From contig OZ025800.1 of assembly GCA_964019425.1 (NCBI GenBank), positions 1,054,001 to 1,118,000 on the forward strand: a stretch of DNA of 64,000 nucleotides, given 5' to 3'. Position 1 is the first letter of the stretch. Each line of letters begins with the position of its first letter. The DNA comes from Flectonema sp. DT1601. Lineage: Eukaryota. Of the stretch, positions 38,122 through 49,638 are shown piece after piece. The notes under the pieces are model-generated. The model did not search any database. It was not told the origin of the DNA and was given only the letters and a program-made list of their open reading frames with translations. The position numbers were made by a program, and so were the translations under genes.

Positions 38122-38497
38122 ATGGGCCACATGTTCTCCACCCACACCCCGAACCTTACCAACCCAGCTCACTACTACCCACATACTCATATTGATCACT
38201 CAGTATTGAATGAGTACAAAGGATTTGAGGAGGATGGCGATCCAAAGTTGTGGGTTGAGGAGAGATGCGCCCAGACTGCTGGTTGCCTTCGGATGAAAGA
38301 CGAATACGATGCGTGTGTGGAACGTATTTCTGGTAAAGACGGAGGTATGAATACTATTTTATAACTACTGAATCTTTATTCCCAATTAATAAATAAAAAC
38401 AGACTTACATTGTGGTTACCAGTACATGAACTACTGGGGATGCGTGGATCTTTGCTCCACCGAACCTACTTTCAAGCTTTTAAAGCACGGAGTCTAG
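38122..38497 (+). CDS. QCR6: Cytochrome bc1 complex hinge subunit (QCR6/UQCRH family), 105 aa, 2 exons
   Basis: Exons 38122-38344 and 38403-38497, intron 38345-38402 (GTATGA...AAACAG). The spliced protein reads DPKLWVEERCAQTAGCLRMKDEYDACVERISGKDGDLHCGYQYMNYWGCVDLCSTEPTFKLLKHGV, the hinge-family Cys pattern. Confidence 0.9.
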
Positions 38498-39162
38498 GCA
38501 TACTTTTTGCTCTGCAGCTCCGCATAGTGTGTCCGAGGTGACTTTTTTTCTTCTTCTTCTTCTGTTTTCTTCTTTTTTTCCTTTTTTTTTCTTTCAAGTG
38601 TGAGAGGAAGTTGGCTACTAGTTTGCAGCTTTTTCTTGGGATATCATTTTTTTTTTTTTTTTTCATGTTTTATGGGTCTGCATTGCCTCGCAAAACAGTG
38701 TGTCATTGAGAAGCGAAATATCAAAAAAAAAAAAAAAAAAAAAAATACTTGGCAAACACACACGAGTTTTTATTTACCAGGGTTCTATTATTTTCATTTT
38801 TTTTTGTTCTTTTTTTTCATAGTTCTGGTTGTTGTATTTTCTTCAATGTGATGAGTTGGTTTTGTGTTAATATTTTCTTCTCTTTCTTTCTTCTCCCCCG
38901 TAAGGCATACTTCTACACAAAGCTTGCGTTGGTCTGTAACAGCTTATAAAGAGAATGAGAGGAGAGTGAAGAAGTTGTTTTCATCACATTACAGTAGTCT
39001 ATTTATTCTTTTCCATCTCACAGAACGATACTAAAACAACTCCATGGCACTGGAGTAGTAGAAATCTGAGACGCATCTCTCATTAATAACAAAAAAAAAA
39101 AAAAAACTAAAAAAAAAAAAAAAAAAAACCTATTTATCGCACCAACAATAATTAAAAATAAG

Positions 39163-40717
39163 ATGACAACACCAACACAAGAAGCGGAAGAACTATCGCT
39201 TCAGGCTCCGAGACTGCCAGAGGATATTGAAGGTGAAAAGAGTGCTCCTTTTTATTTAAAAGATGACATCGTAAAGATGGATTTTCCTGTGTTGACTTAT
39301 GATGCTGACAAGAGTGAACAAGAATCAGATGAAAAGGAAACTTGGGAATGTGGTAGTTGTAATCAACATAAACAATTATCATCAACAGCTCAGGATAAGG
39401 AAAGCTTATCAACGTCATGTTGGAGTATAACATGTAATGGAAAGATGAGGATGTTTAACAGAACATCAAAAGATCAAATCAACTCCTCCGACGCTGAACC
39501 AGCACAGGAAACTAATGGACAGGAAGAGTCAGCTGAAGAACCTCAACAAGAATCAGAAAAAACTGATGACCCTAAAGAAAAAAAAGACACATCCATCACT
39601 GGTCTTAATCCAAAAGCAGTTCCATACGAACCAACCTTTGATAAAACTCCTGACAGTTCATGGGGCATGGCATGGAATAAGTCTGGTGGTCAACCTCTTC
39701 AGCCACACTATGCAGGTCATCCACGTAATTCAGGAAGCGTTCCTAGATCTGGGTATGCCTTGTATTGTTATTTATATAGCAGAGCTTGCCTTCCCAATAA
39801 TATAACATCGACAATAACAATATAGGTACAATTCTGCATATGCTGGTCAACATGGAGGTAAGGGATACAGAAGTGGTGCACCGGTATGACTTTATCAAAT
39901 AGCAGCTCTTGTTGAAACTGTATGGCGATTCAAAAAATTAAATTACAAAACAGGTGTCACGTCAACACAGAGGATATGGAGAACAAATGGACGGACAGAT
40001 ATGCTCGAGTAGGTATATTCAAGGTATGAGGCAGCAACCTCCTCATAGTAGCTACTCTCATCATCATCATCATCATCATCACCACCACCATCACCATCAC
40101 CACCATCATCATCATCATCATCATCATCACCACCAGCACAGTCAACAAGGTTATCAACAACCTCAGCAGCCATATAGTCACTACACAGCTCAGCAACAAC
40201 AACCTCAACACAAAGCTGTTTTTCAGGCAGACGGCGCTCCTCCTGGAAGTGTTAAGGCAAACGAAGAACGTCTATTCGTATGAATTATTGTTTTGTTTAA
40301 AGATGTAAAGATAATTGGAATAAAAAATATAAATAACACAAACCAGGCTACACTAACCCAACATGGTTTGGGTAGTTTGCTAAGGATCTTCACCCTACAC
40401 GGCATCCACTCACCAGAACAGCTATCGAAGTGTAATGTTGTCAAGATTAGACAGGTTTGAATTATTTCTTAAAAAATTAAAAAAATTGTGTCATTTTTAT
40501 CTCCTTCTCTTTTTTGAAGGTTATAATAAATAATAATATCAAAAAAACAATACTACAGATGGTTCATAGTTCCGAAAACCAAGAACGTGTAATGGCTGTT
40601 GTTGGTCAATTGAAAAATGATGAAGAAGAACGACAGCCAATGGGAGCTGCTGCACCACCACCGCCATCACCGGGTGGTAGCGGTTGGGGTTTTGGAAGAC
40701 AGGAATCTGGAAACTAA
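39163..40717 (+). CDS. Putative RNA-regulatory protein (412 aa, 5 exons): Zn-ribbon-like, PAM2-like motif, poly-His/Gln region, SAM-like domain
   Basis: Exons 39163-39752, 39826-39883, 39954-40277, 40347-40454 and 40559-40717; all four GT-AG introns are phase-compatible. Motifs WECGSC...CWSITC, TGLNPKAVPYEP, H25, and LFATLTQHGLGSLLRIFTLHGIHSPEQLSKC...MVHSSENQERVMAVVGQLK. Confidence 0.82.
40059..40133 (+). repeat. Coding CAT/CAC trinucleotide repeat encoding 25 consecutive histidines
   Basis: 75 nt of mixed CAT/CAC codons, in frame in exon 3. Confidence 0.9.
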
Positions 40718-41539
40718 TTGAGTGCGTACCTGAGGCTTCATTCCTTCTAATCATCGTGTGAGTCAATTTATCGTTGAGTACATCACACATTTATACCGAC
40801 ACTTATTACATAAGTGCCTATGCTCTGCTACTGACACACTCTAAACATTTTGTCAAACCGAAACAAACCTGCTTTAGTAGAAGTAGCAGTATTGCTTGTG
40901 ATCGCTGTATATTGTTGTTTTAAAAAAAAAAATAATAAATAAATAAATAAAAAAGTCTTGCACGGGAGAGACGGGTTTGAGAACGAACAATATAAAATAC
41001 ATATCGATAATAAAAGAAAACCTATCCTTTTCATGCGGAATGAAGCTTTGTGAAAAAAAAAAAGTAATCTCGTCTTGAGTCGACATCAGTCTGCGAGACA
41101 AACATTAGGAAATTAAAAAAAAAAACAAACAACAAAAAAAAAAAAAAAAACGAAAAAAGAGTTAAATCACAAGGAAGCTCGCTATCAGTAACGAAAATGG
41201 AATTGAAGAAAAAAAAAAATACGAAAAAAAATAAAAAAAAATAACAACACTTAGGACCTGAATTTGCCTATTTGCATGTTATGTGTGGTCGTACCCAGCA
41301 GCTAACTATCAATTGCGCTTTTTCTTTTTTCCCCTTATTCGTCGTTTTATTTTTAATTACATATCCTGCCCTTCTTAACGTCAGAGAACCGAGTCGAATT
41401 TAAGCAATGCGCGGGGAAGACGAAAAAAAAAAAAAAAAAAGAAAATTAATATTAAAAAAAAAAGAACAAAAACAAATCCGACTAACCTACCGCACTATTG
41501 GCTTTCATTGGAGTTTATGATTTTATATAAGCGTGATGG

Positions 41540-44500
41540 ATGTTGAAGAAAAGTAAATTATCTTTTTACAATTTAAAAAAAAAAAAAAACAGTACATCCA
41601 CTACATGTTAAAAACATCATTATTGATTTAGAGACAACCAGATCTAAAAAGGGTATTAGTATGGAAGAAGATGAGAGCTTGCCCGTTACAACTGAAGACT
41701 GCTACATAGTATCGAACAGTGACTTATTATTGGAAGGACTTAGTGTAAATGAAACTCTTGAATTCTCACTTAAAATGGGAGGAGGATACATATCTAATGT
41801 TGACGAAGCATTAGCAATGATCCAATTAGAATCAGTGAAGGAGAATGACGTTGGGTTGTTGTCAACTGGTGAGAGGAGGAGACTCTCAATAGCAGAGGCG
41901 ATACTTTCTTCTAATCAAACGATTGAAATAAATGAATGGAATAGGGGACTTGATTCTGAAACATCAAATATTGTTTATAAAAATATTATAAACCACGTTG
42001 CTACTTCAAATAGAAGAATCTTGTTATCGACATCTCCATTCCCGAGACCAACACTTTTAGAAGGTTCCAATGACGCTATTCTATCACGAGTAGTAAAGCC
42101 ATGTTTAAGGACGCAGTTGTATGCAATACTACAACGGGAATTCAGAATTCAAACATCGCAGTACCACTTACAGTTGAGATTGGTTCGATTCATACCACAC
42201 GCACTGCTATTAGGTTTATTATTTGGTAAAATCAAAAATGATCAATCAGGTTCTTACGACTTTCTTGGACTACTATTCAACCTAATGTCTGCCGTATCCC
42301 TTGGATCACTCTCAGCACTACCAGATACAGTTGCTCAACAGGCTGTCATTATTCACCAAATTAGACTTGGATTACGCTATCGTTCACTACTTTGGATGCT
42401 TTCTAAAATCGTCACCGATACCATTTTTCTGTTTATTGAATGCCTTCTTGTCTCTACACCTGTTTATTTAATGTGTGACATGTCCAGTAATTTTGCGATT
42501 TTTGTCGTCGTCTTGTGGCTTCTGTCTGCGTGCACATCATTGTTTATACGTGTTACCTCGCTTGTAGGAAGCAGGTACGTCTCTGTTATTGTTTTACAGG
42601 CAGTCTCTGGGGCTTTAGTTGGGATGTTTGTACTTTTATCTGGATTTCTGATACCGGTGGGGAAGCTTCCGTTTTTTTGGGAAAAAATAAGTTCGCTATC
42701 ACCCTTTAAGAACGCTTATTTTGGATTGTTAGCGAATGAATACACCGGGAAAGACTTAATGTGTAGCCCTGAAGAACGACTACCCCCATCGTACACGGTA
42801 GCAACTTGTGTAAATGCAGTAGCGACAACTTGTGTTATTGACAAGGCAGATCCAAAACAATGTGAAGACTGTTTAAGATTTCATTGGTTCACTCTACGGT
42901 CAATGTGTTCAACAACAGAAGCGGTTGCTGCATGTGCTGGTGAGAATGCTGGTTATTGTCCTCCAGACAGGACGAGTGGCTCAGCGTATTTAAATAGTCT
43001 TCTTGGATCTGTTCCTGACATTACATATTGTGCTCTTACTCTGTTTGCTATTTATTTATCACTTGCTGTAATCTCAATGGTTGTTTGTAAAATAGCACTC
43101 TGTAGGAGATTAACGAAGTCAATTGAAACGCAACCACTTCTGGCTGGTGATGTCAACTGTGTTGAAGTAACCGGTAACTCTCATGATATGGAGCAGACTG
43201 TCTTATGTTTGGCTGTGACACCTCAGAGATCTTTACTTGACAACACCTCTGATACAGAAAAAACATCATGTAGTAGGAAAGAGAATGTGAAATCTCTTAC
43301 TAATCAAAGTGATGATGTAGTGTGTTGGTCTGATATCAATTACAAGAACATCGTACGTAACATTACAGGTAGCGCCAAGCGAGGAACCGTCACGGTAGTT
43401 ATTGGTGAGAGTGGTTGTGGTAAAACTACTTTTTTTAGAGAACTCGGAAGACAAACTCAAGTAGGACTGATTGAATTTCCAGCGGGACCATTCATCGAAT
43501 CAGACACTGTTGAAGAATGTTTACTCTTCGCTGTGATGACTAGAAGGCAATCAATGCAATCTGTGAAACATGCAAATGAATTGTCTCTTGAAATCGCTTC
43601 AATACTTGGATTTACGACTGAACAATTATCTGAAAAAGTTGAGCGTTTATCAGAATTACGAAGACGAATCTTACTATTGGCGTTGAATTTATGTACAGGA
43701 AATTATTTCTTTTTAATCGATGAACCGACTACGGGTCTTAAGTCGTCTGATGACATTTCAACGATTCTTCGAACGCTTCACTTGTTGGCGTCGCATCCGT
43801 TGTTGCAATGCGCAGTTGTGTGTTCTCTTCATCAGCCTACTGATGAACAATTACTTAAAGCTGATAAATTATTAATTGTATCGACTGGTAGAATCCTATT
43901 TGATGACTCTCCTTCTCTCTTATCTGACTACTTATTAAAACAAGGCTGTGAAGATCGCAATGGAGGAGTTCAATTATCGGAATGGGCATTACACGTATTC
44001 CATTCAAAACCTAAAAGGTATACTGAAACTCAATCAGCAACTAATGAAGTTCGTAGAAGACGACGAGTTAGATATCCTTGGGCTGAAGCTTGGAAGCTAC
44101 ACGACAACAGAACTCTACCAACAGAAACTACTATTATAGAAAGAGGAAAGACTCTAAGTAGACATATGATGACTTTAGTAGAACTTATGAAGAGAAGGAT
44201 TCGATCGGCCTGGAGAAAACCTTCATATCCAATAACCCGACTTGTTCTGGCTGTACTAGCACCACTCTTGTGTGGGAGCATATTTTGGAATTTGAACTCT
44301 GATCAAGATTCACTGAGAGGATATGTTTCTATTGTGATGATTTCTATAACGTTATCTGTCATTCACGCTCTTACTGCTGCTGCTATGATCAGTGGAGAAT
44401 GCGGCATTGTCGAACGTGAAAGATGGATGTATAATCCTATATTGTATGCATTTTCTGTTTCAATAACAGAACTACCCCTGACTATTTGTTGTTCTCTCTT

Positions 44501-45059
44501 TTGGTGGGCGATTCTTGATGTTCGCGGAGCACTTGTTTCCGGCAGTGAAACAAATTCTGTTCAAGGAATTGGCTTGTTAATGGTCGTGTATGGTTTCTTT
44601 TGTTATGGAATATCAATATTTGGAATCGCATGCAGCATTTTATTTAAATCATTTGTCACATCACAATGTGTTATAACTATCGTTCAACTAGTGTGGTCTC
44701 TTCATTCTGGGTTCTTGATTCCTTACACAAGAATTCCAAAAGGATTATTAATTTTTCATTTTGCAAATCCATTTAGTTATTATCTTAAAGGTGTTTCAGA
44801 ATTTATTTTTCATGATACTAAATTTCATTGCAGTGAGAGTCAAGTTATTAGCGTTCCGCAACCATTTTGTAATTACAGCACGACTTACGAGAAAGATAAC
44901 TGTGAGTGGTGTCCGTTTACTTCCGGTGATTCTTTTTTACATTTTTATGGATGGTCGTATGACACATTAATTACTGACTTATTAGCTATTCTAGTAGGAG
45001 TTGCGTGTTTTAACATCTTAATATTAATAGCTGCAAAGTGTTATCGGTATTCGAAATAG
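41540..45059 (+). CDS. Full-size ABCG/PDR-type ABC transporter with degenerate nucleotide-binding domains
   Basis: The main ORF 41661-45059 has NBD-TMD-NBD-TMD order: LSTGERRRLSIAE, NEWNRGLDS, ABC2-type TMD (SGFLIP...SPFKNAY...NEY), GESGCGKTT, LIDEPTTGL, SLHQP, second TMD. A possible short first exon 41540-41552 plus intron 41553-41592 extends the frame (MLKKIHPLHV...); otherwise the start is 41661. Confidence 0.9.
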
Positions 45060-48000
45060 TCCTCTGGCATTATAGCCAATTGTCTTTTTTAGATTATAAA
45101 AATAAATCAACTGCACGTACTTTCTCTGTTTGGATATGTTTCCCTGCTCTCCTCCCCGTATTTTATTATTTCTAAATTTTATTGAGAGAATATTGTAAAA
45201 AAGTAATTATCCTCAGTTCAAGGAAGAAGTGATTTTCTCTCTTTTTGGTTTTTTGTAACTTACTTCAACAACAAACTAAACTAAACAAGACACTCTCGTG
45301 TGTAGTTAAATTATGTTATTTATTTATCTTTTTTTTTTTTAGCGTTTTTTTTTTTTTTAATTTGTTTGACGACTACTCCATTGGTCGCTTAAAGAAAAAA
45401 AGAAAAAAAGGGAAAATCTACTATTCCGCATGAAGTTTTGTGAAAAAATGTCGGATTTTTTTTTGCTCTCCATTTCTTAAACTTTTGTGTTGAGATCCGA
45501 CATTTCGTTGCGTGGAATTCGGGGTTTGCCCAAAAAAAAAAAAAAAAACATAAGAGACTGTCAGTTCTTTTTTTTTGCTTCCGTGCGTAGATTACTTCTG
45601 CACAAGTTCTCTTACCTCTTAATCGCTGCTACCAACCATGTCAAAGTATTTATGGTGCTTGCACATCATATTTATAGTTCATGTTGATGATTTTATTCTC
45701 TGTGCAGTGTGGGCTTGTCACCTGTTCATTGTGACCTGTTTATAAAAACCGACACCACCCATGAATGTGCACAAAACAATTATATCTCTTTCCTCAAATA
45801 GTACGTAAGATCGTTTAAAAGTCTTCATCACATCTACGTATCAGCTCGTCGTAGCTCGTCGATTCTTTTTTTTTTTTGAGAAATATCGATTAGGGCATGA
45901 CATTCCTTCTGGGTGTTTTTTTCCTTTTTTTTTTTTCGTTCTTGAATTTCGCCTATTGCTCCTTTGATAGAGCCCATGACACAGAAGTTCACACTGTTAA
46001 TCTATTGTGCTACTTGTGGTATATCGTGGAGAGTTAGTTGAGGTACGACGTGCTCATCAGAAACCTATTTGAGTATTGAATTTAGCTTTTTTGATGAACG
46101 TACTCTACAATTGTTCTTTTATTAATCATTTGCGTGTCGTTTTAACTTCCTAATCAGTTTGTCTTGCTTCTTATCAATTAAGCATAGTAAGTGTATGCGC
46201 GTGTGTGTTTTCCCTACTTCGATAAAATCTGTAAGAGAGAGAACAGTAGTGTTTCTGTATTAGTACCTGTAATGAACGGGAACTGCGGATGAGTTATTTG
46301 TCACTTTTTTTTTGTTTTTTGTTTCTTTTCTATTCTCGCGGTTATTATTATGCGAGTGGTCAGTCTTTTGTGTTGCCGGAATCATGGAAGGTTACCATTT
46401 GATCAAAGCAAAGGTTCAACAGATCTTTGTTTCTTTCTTTATCGCAATAATCATCATTGAGGATGGATGGATATTTGTTGTTGCCCTTTATTTATTATTT
46501 ATTTTTAAAAGAACCCTATTCTAAACAATGTTTTTTTTTTTTGAAGAACTACAAAACTTAATGATTGTGGTGAGGCATTATAACGCAGTTATAACTCTAT
46601 TTTTTTTTATTTCGTGTTTTCTGAAGAACCCTGTGCAGTGCCTGCACAAACACTTCCCCAGAATTTATTTTTTTCTTTTCGTCGAATGTTTTGTTAAATT
46701 GAGCGAAGCTGAACATTGATTTCCTTTAATTAAATTAATAATTTTTTGGAAAAAACGGCCATCCTCTGTTGCTGTGAGTTACCCTAATACTCGTTCTATG
46801 CTGCAACGTTGGTATAAATGTTTAATTAGCATCTCACGCCCGCTACACCTTCAAGTGAGCATGGGTAGAGACTCTTTTTCCTTTTATTATTATCATCCTT
46901 CGTGACCATTCCTCAGCACCTCTTTTTGGTATTAAAAATATCTGAGTTTAATGCTTTTAATGTGGATACTTTATCTTATAACTGACTTTAAAAAAAAAAA
47001 AAACACCCAACGACAGTATTATGTGTCTAATCAACTTCGTTGAGAACGAAATTCGTTCGAGGAGTTGTCAACGAAGTTTTGTTGTCAAATTGATTGATTT
47101 AGTTTGATTGGACAATCTTCGTAGCATTCATACTATACAGCAAACGTTAGATTAAATCTCTCTTTAACTACTCATTTTATTGTCATAACGTGTGTAACAA
47201 CGTTCCCCTTACTTGAGTAGGGATGTGTTTGATGTCCTTACACAATTTATTTACGTTGTGATAACTAACTGCAATTCATGACAAGCTCGTACCACTTACG
47301 TTCATGTGTTTGTTTTTGTTCATAAGATAAGTTCATGTTGAGCTGATCTGCTGTTTTAAACTTCCCGAGTGAGCTTTTCTTAGAAGCTGTAATTTCCTCT
47401 AACTTAACTCACCTAACATGTGTGCTTGTGATTGTTTTTTTATGGGTGTTAGTCCTTCTGCCGCATCGATGTATCGGGCTCTGGGTTTTCTATTTTTATT
47501 ATTATTTGAATTCTTGTGTGGTGTATTTTACTGAAAAAGTGCTAGTGAGCTGTTTTTTTTTTTTTTATTCTTGTCACAACGCAACCTCTGTAAATAATCA
47601 TCACTAGCAAATGTTTTTTCAATCTCGTGTTTCTTGCTCTCTTTCCGTGTTCACTGTAACCCAGGCGATTGCAGAAGATCTGATATGTTTTTCTTTCTTT
47701 CTTTTTTTTTTTTTTTTTCTTCGAATGCAAATCTGGATGCATACCACTCGACAATTTGCGTCGTTTTCAATTTTGCTGATTTAAACACATCCTGTGGTCA
47801 AAAAAAGCTACACAAGGCCGTGACCGTAGTATATGTTTCTCCCGTGGATCTGTAGGTTTTCCCTTTTTCCTTTTTTTTTTCCTTCTTTTTTTTTGTTCCT
47901 ACAAATCTATAACGAATCCTGTTAGCTGTTCCTGATTTTTGGCTTCCCAGGCTTCGTAAACAAATAATTGTTCGGTTGAAAGATAATTGTGTCAGCGTAT

Positions 48001-48494
48001 CCCTTTTATCAGGATTTTGTACTGATGGCGCACGAACTATGTTACTGTTCCCAAGGTATTCTGAGTATGTTTAAATTATTAAAAGAAACAGAATTATAAA
48101 GCTGAATCTCATACTTAGTTGCAAAAGACCCGCTCGATGGGTCTTCTCTGTTGGTGTCGAGACAAAGACCAGATTCAGATAAACTAAAACATTATAACAC
48201 GTTTTCATGTTAACCAAATTATTTTTTCATGAAAAAATACCGTGTTTTTTTTCTTTTTTTTTTCTTTCTCATTCTAATTTCCAGTAAAAGAGACGAGTCA
48301 CAAAAGAAAAAAAAAAGAAGAAGAAGGTATCCCGACTTCGTTTCCAATTTATTTCCCTTCTACATCCTTACTAAAGTAATAGTACTTTATAACGGATAGA
48401 GAAGGTAAGTCGTTCAATATAAGCCATGGTTATGTCAATTGGGATGTTTGTGGTGTTCGATTATACAATTTATTTTCTCCAACAGCCACCAGAC

Positions 48495-49436
48495 ATGTCC
48501 GACACAGATGTCCCTGAAGACAACTGCGCTGGTCAAGTATTGTTATTGGGACCGGTTAGAGAATTAGTATTTGATTATTTGGGTTGGAGTGGCATTGTTT
48601 TATTATCTACATCGAAAGCAATATATGAACATTGCATGATCCGAGTTCCGGAGGGATTAAAAAAAAGTGAACGGAACCGAATCGCTTTTCTTAATGAAGA
48701 CAGCAGTCTAGAAGACTGCGTATCCGCGATGAAACTTTTATTTAATATTAAAAGTAATCTGTTGCAGGATTTTATTATATCACCGCACGAGTTCAATGGA
48801 AGTGTATTCAAACCAGGGGAGATGGTTGACGTCTTGGATTCGGTTAGAAAATGGTACGACTCGGTAATTATAGATACAAGAGTCAATGGTCCTGATCAAG
48901 AAATATTAGTACACTATAAGTCTTGGAGTAATAAATGGGATGAATGGATTAACGTCAACACTGACAACCATCGTATCGCACCAGTCCTCACTCAAGCACT
49001 AGGACGTAGAGGTGATGCGTATTGGTCTGAACACAGAAATTCACAAATATGGAGGGTTTGGATTCCCTCAAGTCTCGCCGTCTACACTAATCCAACTGCT
49101 GGATTTGAAACAATTTTATCTCGTCTGGAACTCCCTAACCCTACTCGTTCTTGGGACAGTGATGAATTGTGTGTGTCAATCTTAGCTGAGTTCTTTGAAA
49201 GTTACTTAGTAAAACGTGAAATGCTTAAACTAAAAACAAGAGATCGATGTATCTACCGTTCAGATATATTCCCTCTTAGACTTGCGGAAGATGGTGAAAC
49301 GAAACTCGCAGACAGATACCTAATTCATATTCATGACGACTCTCATTCTGTAATTGTTATGAGAAGGATCGGGCCGTATCCTTTCTTAGGATTTCCGGCT
49401 CAAAAGGTTTGGAATAAACCCACAAACAATGAATGA
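48495..49436 (+). CDS. Chromo-barrel/Tudor-like (Royal family) domain protein with a possible N-terminal F-box-like motif
   Basis: FKPGEMVDVLDSVRKWYDSVII...ILVHYKSWSNKWDEWI...RIAP is the Tudor-knot/MBT-like pattern. The start is placed at ATG 48495 because 48405-48485 (GTAAGT...CAACAG) looks like a 5'UTR intron that contains the track start at 48426. Confidence 0.85.
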   Translation: MSDTDVPEDNCAGQVLLLGPVRELVFDYLGWSGIVLLSTSKAIYEHCMIRVPEGLKKSERNRIAFLNEDSSLEDCVSAMKLLFNIKSNLLQDFIISPHEFNGSVFKPGEMVDVLDSVRKWYDSVIIDTRVNGPDQEILVHYKSWSNKWDEWINVNTDNHRIAPVLTQALGRRGDAYWSEHRNSQIWRVWIPSSLAVYTNPTAGFETILSRLELPNPTRSWDSDELCVSILAEFFESYLVKREMLKLKTRDRCIYRSDIFPLRLAEDGETKLADRYLIHIHDDSHSVIVMRRIGPYPFLGFPAQKVWNKPTNNE

Positions 49437-49480
49437 AGGCTTCCTACCATCTTAATTTCTTTTAAATACCTATCCCGATG

Positions 49481-49517
<37 letters not shown>

Positions 49518-49638
49518 TTTGAGCAAATTACGAATTGCCTTAGACAATTAGCTCTTGATTGATTTTACTGAAATTGTCGTTATTTTAAAGACAAAGTCAA
49601 TATAAGTGTTATCTCTAATCAGATTCTAACATAATAAA

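Noticed and set aside
39943..40211. Minus-strand poly-Asp and poly-Met ORFs
   Set aside because: They are antisense shadows of the CAT/CAC His repeat.
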